Below, piece after piece: positions 24,686 to 38,179 of a stretch of 64,000 bases of DNA (its first letter is position 1; each line of letters opens with the position of its first letter). The position numbers were made by a program, and so were the translations under genes. The stretch is taken from assembly GCF_964194155.1 (NCBI RefSeq), contig NC_135901.1:4898001-4962000 (forward strand), written 5' to 3'. The DNA is from Cetorhinus maximus (lineage: Eukaryota). The notes under the pieces were generated by a model that was given only the letters and a program-made list of their open reading frames with translations, searched no databases and was not told the DNA's origin.

Positions 24686-26470
24686 AGACATAGGAAATAG
24701 GAGCAGGAATAGGCCATTCGGCCCATTGAGCCTGCTCTGCCATTCAATTAGATCATGGCTGACCATCTGTCTCAACACCATTTTCCTGCACTCTCCCCAT
24801 ATCCCCTGATGCCTTCAATATCTAAAATCTATCAATCTCTGTCTTAAATGTCCTCAATGACTGAGCCTCCACAGCCCTCAGAGGTAGAGAATTCCAAAGG
24901 TTCTTCACCCTCTAAGTGAAGAAATTCCTCCTCATCTGAGTCCTAAATGGTCTTCCCCTTATTCCGAGGCTGTGTCCCTGGTTCTAGACACCCCCGCCAG
25001 GGGATATATCCTTCCTGCATCGACCCTGTCGAGCCCTGTAGAATTTTATAGGTTTCAATGAGATCACCTCTCATTCTTCTAAGCTTTAAAGAATATAGGC
25101 CATCTCCTCAATTCCTCCTCAAAGGGCAATCCTGCCATCTCAGGAATCAGGTGGATCTCTGTTGCACTCTCTTTATGGCAAGTATAACCCTCCTTAGGTA
25201 AGGTGACCAAAATTGTACATAATGCTCCAGGTGTGGTCTAACCATGGTTCTATACAATTGCAGCAATACCTCTTTACTCCCCTCCTCAAATCCTCTTGCA
25301 ATAAAGGCCACCATGTGCCTTCCTAATTGCTTGCTGCAACTGTATGTTAGTTTTCAGTGGCTCATGAACAATGACGCCCAGGTCCTATTTATTCTAACTC
25401 TCTGTTTTCTGTCTGTTAACCAATTCTCAATCCATGCCAGTAAAGCTCCCCCAATCCCATGTGCTCTCATTCTGCTTACTAACCTCTTATCGAAAGCTTT
25501 CTGAAAATCCAAAAGCTCCACATCCACTGGTTCCCGCTTAACTATTCTGCTAGTTACATCCTCAAAAAACTCCATCAGGTTTAAACATGGTTCCCATCCA
25601 TGAATCCATGTTGATTCTGCCCAATCAGATCATTATTTTTTAAGTAACCAGCTATCACATTCTTTATAATAGATTCTAGTATTTCCCCTGCTACTGATGT
25701 CAGACTAACAGATCTGTCATTCCCCATTTACTCCCTCCTTTCCTAAATAGTGGAGTTATATTTGCCACCTTCCAATCTGCAGGAGCCATTGCAGAAACTA
25801 TAGAATTTTGGAAGATGACCACCAACGTATCCACTACCTCTACAGCCACCTCCTTCAACACTCTGGGATGTAGATTATCGGATCCCAGGGATTTATCAAC
25901 TTTCAGTCCCATTAATTTCTCTGGTGCATGTTCACTAATACTAACCTCTTTCAGTTCCTATGCTCACTAGTCCCTTGGTTCTCTAGTATCTTTGGGGCAA
26001 TTTCCGTATCTTCCTCCATGAAGACAGACAAACATTTGTTTAGTTTCTCTGCCATTTCCACATTCCTCATTTAAATTCTCCTGTCTCCACCTGTAATGGG
26101 CCCATACTTGTCTTTGCTAATCCTTTCCTTTTCACATAAAAAAAGATTTTATGGTCAGTTTTTATGTTTCTCACCAGTGTGTTCTCATATTCTATTCTTT
26201 CTTTATTTATCAGTTTCTTGGTTCTCCTTTGCTGAATTCTAAATATCTCCCAATCCTCAGGCTAACTACGTTTTAGGCCACTTACTTTGATCTAATGCAA
26301 TCTTTAGCTTCTCTTATTAACCACTGTTGCATCAACTTTCCTGTTGGGTTTTTGTTCCTGTATTAATTCCTTAAATGCCAGCCATTGCCTGTCTGCCATC
26401 ATACCTTTTAATGTAGTTTCTCAATCTACCACAGCCAACTTGCCCCTCATACCTTTGTAGTTTCCTTCTG
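24686..26470 (-). mobile_element. CR1 LINE fragment
   Basis: ORFs 25354-25575 (LDFQKAFD) and 25700-25912 (DWKVANITPLFRKG). Confidence 0.88.
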
Positions 26471-26796
26471 TGAGAAACGCCAGATAAATAAAACAAAAGA
26501 ACCTTCTAACCACCACAGCCCATTTCTGTAACAGTGGAGCATGCGTTTAAGGCGGTGAGGGGGTTCCAAACAGAAATACAAACTAGATCTCTTTTACCTT
26601 CCAAACACCAAATATCAACTAGATTTTCGCAACAAGGCTCAAAGAGCATCAGTCCACCGGAAGCAAAGTTGTGAGACCGGCCAGTCCAGCAGAAAGAAAC
26701 CCTCCGACCCTCCCACTTCACAACTGTCAGAATGAACATGGTTCAGTCCTGGGTGTAATTAACATCAGCAATAACAGCAGAATCCAACCCCTGTAA

Positions 26797-27471
26797 TCAC
26801 TTGTGAACTCGCTGGTATCTTTGCAGGTGAGATAACTGAATGAATCCTTTCTCACACATGGAGCAGCTGAATGGTCTCTCCCCAGTGTGAACTCGTTGGT
26901 GTGTTAACAGGTTGGATGACTGAGCGAATCCCTTCCCACACTCAGTGCAGGTGAACGGCCTCTCTCCAGTGTGAACTCGCTGGTGTATCAGCAGGGTGAA
27001 TAATTCACTGAATCCCTTCCCACATTCAGAGCAGGTGAATGGCCTCTCCCCAGTGTGAACCCGCTGGTGCGTCAGCAGATGGGATAACTGAGTGAATCTC
27101 TTGCCACACTCAGAGCAGGTGAATGGCCTCTCCCTAGTGTGAACTCGTTGGTGTGTTTGCAGGCTGCATAACCGACTGAATCCTTTCCCACAATCAGAGC
27201 AGGTGAACGGCCTCTCTCCAGTACGAAGTCGCTGGTGTGTCAACAGGTTCCAGGTGTGAGTGAATCCCTTCCCACACACGGAGCAGGTGAATGGCCTCTC
27301 CCCAGTGTGAACTCGCTGGTGTGTCCGCAGGTTGTTTAAATGAGTGAATCCCTTCCCACACTCTGAGCAGGTGAACGGCCTCTCCCCAGTGTGAATGCGT
27401 TGATGAATCTCCAGCTCAGATGGGGAACAGGATTCCTTCCCACAGTCTCCACATTTCCACGGTTTCTCCAT
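26797..27471 (-). CDS. C2H2 zinc-finger protein, 8 fingers (2 degenerate) (locus 6)
   Basis: ORF 26797-27558; GCACCATGG start at 27471 (alternative ATG 27531); acceptor at 27819. Confidence 0.85.
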   Translation of the reverse strand: MEKPWKCGDCGKESCSPSELEIHQRIHTGERPFTCSECGKGFTHLNNLRTHQRVHTGERPFTCSVCGKGFTHTWNLLTHQRLRTGERPFTCSDCGKGFSRLCSLQTHQRVHTRERPFTCSECGKRFTQLSHLLTHQRVHTGERPFTCSECGKGFSELFTLLIHQRVHTGERPFTCTECGKGFAQSSNLLTHQRVHTGERPFSCSMCEKGFIQLSHLQRYQRVHK

Positions 27472-28946
27472 GGTGCCGGTGTCCTTGTGTCTCTCCAGGT
27501 TTGATGATCTGTTGAAGCCTCGTTCACACATAGAACAACGTCTATGGTTGCTCCCCACTGTGAATGGTGCAATGGTTTTTTCAGGCTGTGTAACTGGTTA
27601 AAGCTCTTTCCAGTCAGTGCACTGGGGTGTGTGAGTCTCAGTGCTTTTCCAGTCAACTGATGTTTAAAATGGTTTGAAGCAGACAGAACAGAAACATTTC
27701 TCCTTCTAGATTCAAAGGCCAATGATATTCAGGCCCTGATGAATTGACAGACTCTGTCAGATCTTGATGTGATGTTTGATTTGAGATTTCTGTTTGCAAT
27801 TCGTTCCCTGCTAAAGTCCTGTAAAAGGAGTTTACAAAAGTCATCACTGTCAGTTCAGGACAGAAATTCAGAACAGATGATTCTAGATTCTATGGAAAAC
27901 ACTTCCCTCTCTCATTCCCCAAAATCAGTAAATCCCTGTCCCCCGCACTCTCCCTCCATTCGCACTCTGCTGTACCTAATATACACCCTCCCAAGTCTCC
28001 TGAAGGTGTTAATTGATGCTGATCAACATTCACTGCTTCCTGTCCTCGACAGAGAGATCATAAGAAAAAAGAATTGGAGTAGGCCATTCGGCTCATCGAG
28101 CCTGCTCTTCCATTTAATAAGATCAAGGCTGATCTGATTGTAGCCTTAACTTAAAATTTCCTGCCTGTCTCCCATAGTCTTTGACTCCCTTGTCAATCAA
28201 AATCTGTCTAATTCAGCCTTGAATTTATTCAATGACCCAGCCTCCACTGCTCTCTGTGGAAGAGAATTCCAAAGACTAAACACCCTTTGAGAGAAGAGAT
28301 TCCTCTTCATCTCTGTCTTAAATGGGAGACCCCTTATCTTTACACTGTGCCCCTCTAGTTCTAGATGCCCCCATGAGAAGAAACATCCACCCTGTCAAAC
28401 CCCCTCAGAAACCTGTATGTTTCAATAAGATTACCTCTGTATTGGCTCAGCCTTTCCTTGTAAGACAACCACTTCATCCCTGGAATCAGCCTAGAAAATC
28501 TTCTGTGAACTGCTTCCAATGCATATTCCTCCTCTGTAGGGAGACCAAAACTGTTCACAGTTCTCCAGGTGTGGTCTCACCAATATTCTGTACAGCTGCA
28601 GGAAGACTTCCCTACTTTTATATTCCACTCCCCTTGCAATAAAGGCCAACACTCCATTTGCCTTCTGTTATGATACAGCAGGTGGTATTTGCCAGGCTGA
28701 CCAAATCCACAAGGGAAGCTCGGCCAAGCTATCACAACGGTTTTGCAATTTGTATTAATTACGAGAAGGTTTGTGCACTGAATTCAGAAGTAATGAGTCC
28801 ACTAACCCCTTTAGCAATTTTACAAATTAAATTAAAATATTTATTAACAAAGAATAAAAATACATACGTAAGATTAAAAGATACATGGTTACATAATATT
28901 ATAACAATTCCCAAAATTCCTAATTAACCAGGCTCACAACTACACA

Positions 28947-30038
28947 ACTCACAACTGCTCCCCCTTGTCCTCACTTATCAACCCACCAGCCTCCGCGTTC
29001 AAAGAATCATCTTCCACCATTTCTGCCAACTCCAGCATGATGCCACTACCAAACACATCTTCCCTCCACCCCCCCAGGTGGCTTTCCGCAGGGATTGTTC
29101 CCTCCGGGACACCCTGGTCCACTCCTCCATCACCCCCTACACCTCAACCCCCTCCCACGGCACCTTCCCATGCAACCGCAGAAGGTGCAACATCTGCCCC
29201 TTTACTTCCCCTCTCCTCGCCGTCCAAGGGCCCAAACACTCCTTTCAAGTGAAGCAGCATTTCACTTGCACTTCCCTCAATTTAGTCTACTGCATTTGCT
29301 GCTCCCAATGTGGTCTCCTCTACATTGGAGAGACCAAACGCAGACTGGATGACCACTTTGCGGAACACCTTTGGTCTGTCCGCAAGCATGACCCAGACCT
29401 TCCTGTCGCTTGCCATTTCAACACCCCATCCTGCTCTCATGCCCACATGTCCGTCCTTGGCCTGCTGCAATGTTCCAGTGAAGCTCAACGCAAACTGGAG
29501 GAACAGCACTTCATCTTCCAGCTAGGCACTTTACAGTCTTCCGGACTTAATATTGAGTTCAACAATTTCAGATCATGAACTCTCTCCTCCATCCCCACCC
29601 CCTTTTCCAATAATTTATAATTTTTTTACAACTATTTTTTTCTTTTCCCTCAGATTTTTAAATTTATTTCGATCTATTGTTTCATCTCCACCTTTTAGCC
29701 CATTTCGATCCCATCCCCCCACCCGCACTCGGGCCATCTTCCACTAGCTTGCTTCCCTTAATATCCCCATTAGCACATCTTTTAGATAATATCACCACCA
29801 TCAACACCCCTTTGTCCTTTTGTCTCTGACATCTTTTGCAGTCTCTTCTTGGCCTCCACCTATCACTGGCCCCCTATCGAACTCTCCTGTCCCACCCTCT
29901 TTTACCAGCTTATATTTCATCTCATTTCTATATGTCTTAGTTCTGATGAAGGGTCATATGGACTCGAAACGTCAACTGCATCCCTCTCTGCAGATGCTGT
30001 CAGACCTGCTGAGTTTTTCCAGGTATTTTTGTTTTTGT
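28947..30038 (+). mobile_element. Penelope-like element 3' part: GIY-YIG endonuclease plus pseudo-LTR
   Basis: ORF 29078-29578: CNRRRCNIC, NLVYCICCSQCGLLYIGETKRRL..F.EH; TSD TCACAACTACACA at 28934-28946 and 30039-30051. Confidence 0.92.
29938..29978 (+). ncRNA. Minimal type I hammerhead ribozyme (Penelope-associated), intact core
   Basis: TAGTT-CTGATGA-A-GGGTC-atatg-GACTC-GAAAC-GTC^AACTG: stem I TAGTT/AACTG, stem II GGGTC/GACTC, palindromic ACGT stem III. Confidence 0.78.
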
Positions 30039-31929
30039 TCACAACTACACACCCCCTTTAAGGCAACAGTCCAAAATAGATTATAAATTTGTCGAGACAA
30101 TCCAGCAAGGTTACCACGAGCACCCACTCGACAGTGGAATTCCAAAGGTTTTTAACACAATTTTGGTTACTGAAACAGCAGACTTCTGCAAAGTGGCTAG
30201 AGGCGTTTCCCCAATTCTGTTTTACATGGTGTACCTTTCAGATCTTGCACAGCCATGCCCCCACACAGCCTTCCATCCTTCTTTAAATATATTTTCCTTA
30301 TTAGATTTCTAATGTTCCCCCATGTCTTTGGAATCTACTTTTCCCATAATATAAAAAATTCATGTTATCATTCTGCTCAGCGCTTTTAGGAAAAATCAAT
30401 GTAATAACCTTGTCCTATTTATTTTGCCAGTCGTAAAAACCTTATCACGTCTCGTTAAAATCCAACAACTTTTCCCCTGAGCTAAGAATGCAAATTTCAT
30501 TCATACCTTATCCGCTGACTTTACCCGAGCTCACTCATTAGCATTTCAAATGACCTTTTTACACCTAACACTTTTGATAATTTCAACCTTGCAGTTTATC
30601 CATCTCTAATTCAATTAAATTAGTCACACAGACGGAACCATCCACACACACAAAAGCCTACTTTACAAATTCCCACATTAATATTCTGGAAAAATGATAG
30701 TTTCATGACACTTCCTAATTACTTGCTGTACCTGCATGCTGACTTTTTGCACTTTCTGTACAGGGATACCCAGATCCCTCTGTTCTGCAGCATCCTGCAG
30801 TCTCCCTCTATTTAAATAATATTCTTTTTTATTCTTCCTGCCAAAGCCGACAAGCTCATATTTTCCCCACACTATACACAATCGGCCCCTTTTTTGTCCA
30901 CTCACTTAACCTATCGATATCCCTTTGCAGACTCTTTGTATCCTCTTCACAACTTGCTTTCCTACGTATTGTTGTATCACCAGAAATAATACAGTCGGTT
31001 CCTTCATCCAAGTCATTAATATGCATTGTAAATAGTTGAGGCCCCAGTACTGATCCCTGCAGGACTCCACTTTGCTAACCTGAAACTGGCTAATTTACCC
31101 CAACTCCTTGTTTCCTGTTGGCTAGCCAATCCTCTTTCCGTGCTAATATATCACCCCCAACACCATGAGCTCGTATCTTGTGTCGTAACTTTTATGTGAC
31201 CTCTTATTGAATGCCTTTTGTAAATCCAAATATGTGACATCGATTGGCTCTCCAATCACAGATGTTAAACTGAGTGGCCTGTAGTTTCCTGCTTTCCATC
31301 TCCCACCTCTCCTGAATAGAGGTGTTACATTTGTGGTTTTCTAATCCACTGGGACCTTTCCGAAGTCGAAGGCACTTTCAAAGCTGATGAAACAATGCAC
31401 CCACTATCTCTGCAAACACTTCCCTTAAGACCCGAGGAAGCAGGCCATCAGATCCTGGAAACGTGTCAGCCTTTAGCCCCATTAATTTTCCTAGTACTTT
31501 TGCTCTAGAGTTTGTAATCATTTAATTTCGTCCTTCCCTCTTGCCTCTGCTTCTCTGCTATTCTTGGGATGTTTTTGTGTCTTCTACTGTAAGACAGATA
31601 CAAAATACTTGTTCAAAATCTCTGCCATTTCCTTCTTTGCCATTATTAATTTCCCAGTTTCACCCTCTAAGTGATTGAAGTTCACTTTCACCACTCTTTC
31701 CCTTTTTATATATTTCTAGAAGCCTTTAATATCTGTTTTTATATTTTTTGCTGGTTTTCAGCCATATTCAAAATTCTCTCTCTTCATTTTTTTAGTTTGT
31801 TATCCTTTGCTGGCTTCTAAGATTTTTCCAATCTTCTGGCCTACCACTAATCTTTGCAGCACTGAAAAATCATCAAGCAGGCTGCTAGTCTTAATATGTA
31901 CATGTGTTTATAATAATGGACTGAAAGTA

Positions 31930-32210
31930 TAAGGTACAATATTGAACAGAGGTACAGGTGGGATGTGACGAAGAACTTTATTTTGGCAGCAAGTGGTCAT
32001 GTCCTGGAACACACTGTCTACAAGGATTTGGAAGCAGAGATGATCTATGATTTAAAAATGGAGTTGGATGTGCACTTGAAAGAAATAAACTTGCAGGGGT
32101 ATGGGGATGTGAAGGGAGAATGGGACTGACTGGATTGCTCTATAGGGAGTTGATATGGACTTGAGTTGCAAAATGGGCTCTTTCTGTGCCGTACTGACTC
32201 AATGACTTTC
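31930..32210 (+). mobile_element. Old CR1 3' fragment
   Basis: GATGTGACGAAGAACTTT...CTGGAACACACTG...TTGGATGTGCACTTG, tail TGACTCAATGACT. Confidence 0.6.
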
Positions 32211-32559
32211 AATACATAACATAGCTACAGTATTATATTACAAAACTAGAAATAATAAGAGATGTTCTTTATTAGATGTATTATTTATGGTTCCCCAATA
32301 TGTGCCATATAACAACACTAGTAGTTTCTCTGTCCTATATTAATTTACTGTCCCCATAATTGTCAGCCAAATCCTGGGAAACCACCCCTTTAATTGTGAA
32401 CATTAGGAATCAGGCCATCAGACAAATAAATGTGACAAGCTGAGAGTGCAAAGGATGTCAATGTCTTTGCGAGAGAGAGAGAGACCTGGGCCAACCTTTC
32501 CAGAGTCTGCACCCTCCCTGGATTCACTTCCTTTCCCTTCAGGAAGAGTGACATCACAG

Positions 32560-35500
32560 GACAGTGAGAGAGAGCGGCGGAGAGATCAGAACCAGCGCAA
32601 GTGCGGGAAAGCTTCAAAAAGTGACATCTGCACAAAGGTGAGAGCTGATTGGTGAGTGGTGGCTAAGTGTTTTTCTCCAGATTGTCCCCAGTTTAAAATA
32701 GAATAAGCTAAGAAAAGATAGGAGTTCTAGTTTTTATTTAAAGTACATAAATAATTTTACGTTTTTTAATGTGTTTAAAGTAAGGGTTTTTTTTCAACTA
32801 GAGGCATGGCAGGGCAGCTCAGTCCCGTGTTATGTACCACCTGCAACATTTGGGAAGTCCTAGATGCTCCTTGCGCTCTGACCGACCACGTGTGCAGGAA
32901 GTGCCACCAGCTACAGCTACTTGAGCTCTGAGTTTCGGAGCTTGAGCAGCAGCTGGAGGCACTGAGGTGCATCCGCGAGGCTGAGAGTTTCGTGGATAGC
33001 ACGTTTTTAGACGTGGTCATCCCACAGCTTATGGAAGTGCAGACAGAGAGGGAATGGGTGACCATCAGTCATAAGAAAGGTGTCAGGCAGGTAGTCAGGA
33101 AATCCCCAGGATGCATCTCGCTCAAGAACCGTTTATCTGTGTTGGAAAACGGTAAGAGTGGCGGTTCCTCTGGGGAGTGCAGCCACGCTCATGGCACTGT
33201 GAATGGCTCAGCTGCACGGGGTGGGGAGGAAAAAGAGGGGAAGAGCAATAGTGGTAGGAGACTCGATAGTAAGGGGAACAGACAGGCGTTTCTGCGGCCG
33301 TAGACGTGACTCCAGGATGGTATGTTGCCTCCCTGGTGCCAGGGTCAAGGATGTCACTGAACGGCTGCAGGGCATTCTAAAGGGGGAGGGCAAACAGAAA
33401 GAGATCGTGGTATATATTGGTACCAACGACAAAGGTAGAAAGAGGGATGAGGTCCTGCAAGAAGAATTTAGGGAGCTAGGAAGCAGATTAAAAAATAGGA
33501 CCTCAAACAGGCCTCAACTATTTATTTCCGATGCCACGTGCTAGTGAGTATAGAAATAGAAGGTCAGTCCAGATGAATGCGTGGCTGGAGAGATGGTGCA
33601 GGAGGGAGGGCTTTAGATTTCTGGGACATTGGGACCGTTTCTGGGGGTGGTGGGGCCTGTACAAGGCGAACGGGTTGCACCTGAACCGGAATGGAACCAA
33701 CATCCTTGTGGGGAGGTTTGCTAATGCTGTTGGGGAGGATTTAACTAACTTGGCAGGGGGATGGGATCCTGAGAGGAGGTTCAGCAGGGGAAGATGCACA
33801 GCCAAAATTAGAAGAGAGAGCAAGTGAGTCTGGAAGGCATAGAAATTATAGGCCAGTTAAGGCACAAGGGAGTTTGGCAAGGCTGGATGGTATTTATTTT
33901 AATGCAAGGATGATGAATAAGGCAGATGAGTTGAGGGCACACATTAACACTTGGAAGTATGATGTCATTGCTGTCACAGAGACAAAGTTGAAGGAGGGGC
34001 AGGATTGTCAGCTCAATATTCCAAGATATAGGGTCTTCAGGCGAGATAGGGAAGGACGTAAAAGTGGAGGGGTTATCGCAATATTGATCAAGGAATCAAT
34101 TACAGCAGTAAGGGGGGATGACACCTCCCCTCAAAGCTCCTCAAATGAAGCCATACGGGTAGAACTTAAAAACAAAAAAGGAGCAATCACATTGCTGGGA
34201 ATGTACTATTGGCCCCCAACCAATCAGAGAGAAATAAAAGAGCAGATATGTAGGCAAATTTCAGAGAAGTGTGAAAATAATAGGGTAGTAATAGTGGGGG
34301 GATTTCAACTTCCCCAACATTAACTGGGTTAGTCATAGTGTGATAGGTTTAGAGGGAACAGAATTCTTAAAATGCATCCAGGAGACCTTCTTAAGCCAGT
34401 ATGTAGAAGGTCCAACAATGCAGGGGGCGGTCCAGGACTTAATTTTAGGGAATGAAGCTGGGCAAGTGGTAGAGGTATCAATGGGGGAGCATTTTGCAGA
34501 TAGTGATCATCACTCCGTTAGAATCAAGGTTGTCATGGAAAAGGACAAGAATGGGCCAGAAATCAGAGTTCTAAATTGGGAGAAGGCCAATTTTAATATG
34601 ATCAGATATGGTTTGGCCAGAGTGGACTGGGAGCAGCTACTTGTAGGTAAATCTGCGTCAGATCAGTGGAACTCATTCAAGAAGGAAATAGGGAGAGTAC
34701 AGGGCCAATATATTCCAGAAAAGATAAAGGATGGGGCCAACAAATCCAGGGAACCCTGGATGTCAACGGATATAGAGGATTAGACAAAGAGAAAAAGGGA
34801 GGCTTATGGCGGATACCGAGGGGCTCAAAACAGTAGAAGCCCTGGAGGAGTATAGAATGTGTAGGGGTAGGGGGAAATTTGCAAAGCAAATTAGGAGAGC
34901 AAAAAGGGGGCATGAATAAACATTTGCAGGTAAAATAAAGGAAAATCCAAAGTTATTTTACAAGTGCATTAAGAGTTAGAGGATAACTAGGAAAGAGTAG
35001 GGCCCATTAAGGACCATAGTGGTCATTTGTGTGTGGAGCCGGAAGACGAAGGTAGGGTTCTAAATGAATACTTTGTGTCAGTGTTCATAAGTGAGAAGGA
35101 CGACATCAGTATGGAAATCAGGCAGAAGGATTGTGATATAATTAAGAAATTAGCATAGAAAGGGAGGAGGTTCTAAGTGATCTAGCAGACTTAGAAGTAG
35201 ATAAATCTCCAAGCCCGGGTGAAATGTATCCCAGGCTGTTGAGTGAGGCAAAAGAGGAGATAGCAGGGGCTCTGGCAATAATTTTCAATACATCTCTGGC
35301 CACAGGAGAGGTGCCAGAGGACTGGAGGACAGCCAATGTGGTACCGTTATTCAAGGGAGGAAGGAAGGGATAAACCAGGGGACTACAGGCCAGTCAGTCT
35401 AACCTCAGTGGTGGGGAAACTATTGGAAGAAATTCTGAGGGACAGAATGAGTCTACATTTGGAGAGGCAGGGATTAATCAAGCACAGTCAGCTTGGTTTT

Positions 35501-36740
35501 GTTAAGGGGAGGTCACGTCTGACCAATTTGATTGAACTTTTCGAAGAGGTGACCAGGTGTGTAGATGAGGACAATGCATTTTATGTAGTCTACTTGGACT
35601 TCAGCAAGGCTTTTCATAAGGTCCCGCATGGGAGACTGATAACGAAGATAAGAGCCCATGGGATCCAAGGCAATTTGGCAAATTGGATCCAGAATTGGCT
35701 GAGTGGCAGGAACTAGAGGGTGATGGTCGAGGGGTGTTTTTGTGACTGAATGCCTGTGTCCAGTGGGGTTCCACAGGGATCGGAGTTGGGTCCCTTGCAG
35801 TTTGTGGTACATATAAACAATTTAGACTCAAATGTAGGAGGGTTGATCAGTAAGTTTGTGGATGACACAAAAATTGGCGGAGTGATAAATAGTGAGGAGG
35901 ATAGCCTCAGATTACAGGAGGATATAGACGGGCTGGTCAGATTGGCTGATCAGTGGCAAATGGAATTTAATCCGGATAAGTGTGAGGTGATGCACTTGGG
36001 CAGGACAAACAAGGCACGGGAATACACGATGAATGGTAGGACCCTGGAGAGTACCAAGGATCAGAGGGACATCGGTGTGCATGTCCACTGGTCCCTTAAG
36101 GTAGTGGGACAGGTAGATGAGGTGGTTAAGAAAGCATATGGGATACTTGCCTTTATTAGCCGAATATAAGAGCAGGGAGGTTATGATGGAACTGTACAAA
36201 ATGCTGGTTAGGCCACAGCTACAGTATTGTGTGCAATTCTGGAATCCGCATTATAGGAAGGATGTGTTTGCTTGAGAGAGAGTGCAGAAGAAATTTACCA
36301 GGATGTTGTCTGGGCTGGAGAATTTTAGATATGAGGAGAGATTGGATAGACTGGTGTTATTTTCCCTGGAGCAGAGGAGATTGAGGGGGGACATGATTGA
36401 GGTGTATAAAATTATGAGGGGCATAGATAGGGTAGACAGGAAGGAACTTTTCCCCTTGGTGGAGGGATCAATAACCAGGGGGTGTAGATTTAAGGTAAGG
36501 GGCAGGAGGTTTAGAGGGGATGTGAGGAAGAAATTTCTTTGGTGGGAATCTGGAACTCACTGCCTGAAACTCATAACATTGAAGAAGTATTTGGATGTGC
36601 ACTTGCGATGCCATGGCGTACCAGAGCGGGCCTAGTGCTGGAAAATGGGATTAGAATAGTTAGGTACTTGTTTGACTGGCGCAGGCTCGATGGGTCGAAG
36701 GGCCTTTTTCTGCGCTGTGGACCTCTCCGACTCTGTGAGT
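32560..36740 (+). mobile_element. Near full-length CR1 LINE (ORF1 Zn-finger/coiled coil/SGNH esterase; ORF2 APE endonuclease + RT), inactivated
   Basis: ORF1 ATG 32806 (CxxC..CRKC, VVGDSIVRG, IGTND, GLHLN); APE YDVIAVTET, DSDH; RT YRPVSLTS, LDFSKAF, PQGSELGP, KFVDD; several frameshifts and stops. Confidence 0.93.
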
Positions 36741-36859
36741 TCCTGTAAATCAACAATTTACCCCCAGAATTAGAAAAGGAAGAGAAAGTGTTTTACTCAC
36801 AGATGTTGGACACAGAAGGAGGTTGCAGGCTCTGTGAAGCTCTATCTGCAGTGACACAA

Positions 36860-37200
36860 AGCCAGCGCTCTGATTGGCTGGAGGATCAAAGGCCTTCCGG
36901 TCCTCCAACTTTTTCCATTGGTCAACACCACAACATGGCAGACAAGGGCGGGCCTTCCTCCGCACATGCGCAGTTTCCCCGCTGCCTTGGACATGCGCAT
37001 TCCTGGACCGCCCGCCCGCGCGGCGGATAGTTCAGTTTCCCCAGCGCGGGCGGTTGTGGGAGATTTGACCGCCATTACCCATCCGGAGCCCAGTCGCCAA
37101 ACTCCTCAGACTGGGATGAAAGGTGGGCGTGGGGACGCAGTGACAACACCCTAACACAAAGTAAATGTGGCATTGATTGCGACGCCCCCTTAGCAAAGCG
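36860..37200. promoter_or_regulatory. CpG-island, probable bidirectional promoter of loci 6 (-) and 7 (+)
   Basis: GATTGG, CCATTGG, CGCACATGCGCA, ACATGCGCA, GC boxes. Confidence 0.55.
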
Positions 37201-37399
37201 GTTTGTTAATTTCAGGAATAAAGATTTAGACACCTGGGTGACATATTGGGGAGGGCAAGAGGTGAGTATGAAACTGAGCCTATTAGGGGAAGCGAAATGG
37301 GAAAAAGCAGGAGGAGGGATAGTAGGATGAATTGGGTTTACAAACAGTCGGGTGGAGGGAGTGTGTGGGAGACAGCGATTTATAGTTTGAGAGGGAGAA

Positions 37400-37680
37400 G
37401 GATATTTTTGACAAGTAGAATTGTTAGTTCTGGTTTTCTGTCCGGAACTTACAGTGATTACTTTTGTTTACTCCCTTTACAGGTATTAGGGAGGAGAATT
37501 TTGGACATTAAACTCAAAACAATTAGCATGTCAAGATCTGACAGTCATTCAATTCATCTGGATCTGAATATTATCAGTCTAGGAAGAAACATGTTTGTCT
37601 CTTCCATCTGAGGGCAAATATTTCAAACACCAGTGTGAATAGAAAAGCAGCGAGACTTGTGCATCCAAGTATTCCAATGT
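37400..37680 (+). pseudogene. Truncated ZNF terminal-exon leader (locus 7), finger array lost
   Basis: CTCCCTTTACAG|GTATTAGG...TCAAGATCTGACAG...CTGAATATTATC leader, then breaks off. Confidence 0.75.
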
Positions 37681-38179
37681 ATTTGCAGCGACCAGGAGGA
37701 TCAGGGAGCAGGAGGTTCAGGAAGCAGGGGTGGTGGTAGGCAGGAGGTAACTGAATTAAAAAGTTACATTTTTCATTCAAAATAAAATAAGTTGAAAAAT
37801 ATAAAAGCGATTTAATTTACCAATGTAGGAATTTAGCAATATAGAAATTGCAACTTAGAGGGTATAATGTTTCAATATTTGTTTTTTTCCTGATAAGGAA
37901 ATTCCCACAGAACCTAACTACAGTTTTAACATTGATTCCAATGGGAACCAATTATCCACTTAAAGTCGTTTGAGTTAAAGTTGTGATTTTCAGGATCACA
38001 ACCACAACTTTAAATAAATACATGTGTATTTATTATTAAGTACAATATATGATTTTGTTTTAGTTACATGCATTGCTCTGTATCATAACATCATGTAGTA
38101 AGCAATGATAATTTAGTTAAGTAGTCAATTGGCTCTCACGTTGCAGATTTTTTGTTGGAGAGACCCTTGCTTGAAAAAT

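Larger units (their letters stand above)
28666..30710. mobile_element. Solo LTR (Gypsy-type) containing a nested Penelope element
   Basis: Termini TGTTATGA...TCATGACA; 4-bp TSD CTTC (28662-28665, 30711-30714). Confidence 0.8.
28055..31865 (-). mobile_element. CR1 LINE fragment split by a solo LTR
   Basis: ORFs 28361-28558 and 30678-30905; sequence rejoins across insertion (ATTTGCCTTC|CTAATTACTTG). Confidence 0.85.

Noticed and set aside
26728-26751. Iron-responsive element (bulged C plus 5-bp upper stem)
   Set aside because: Loop is CAU, not CAGUGN
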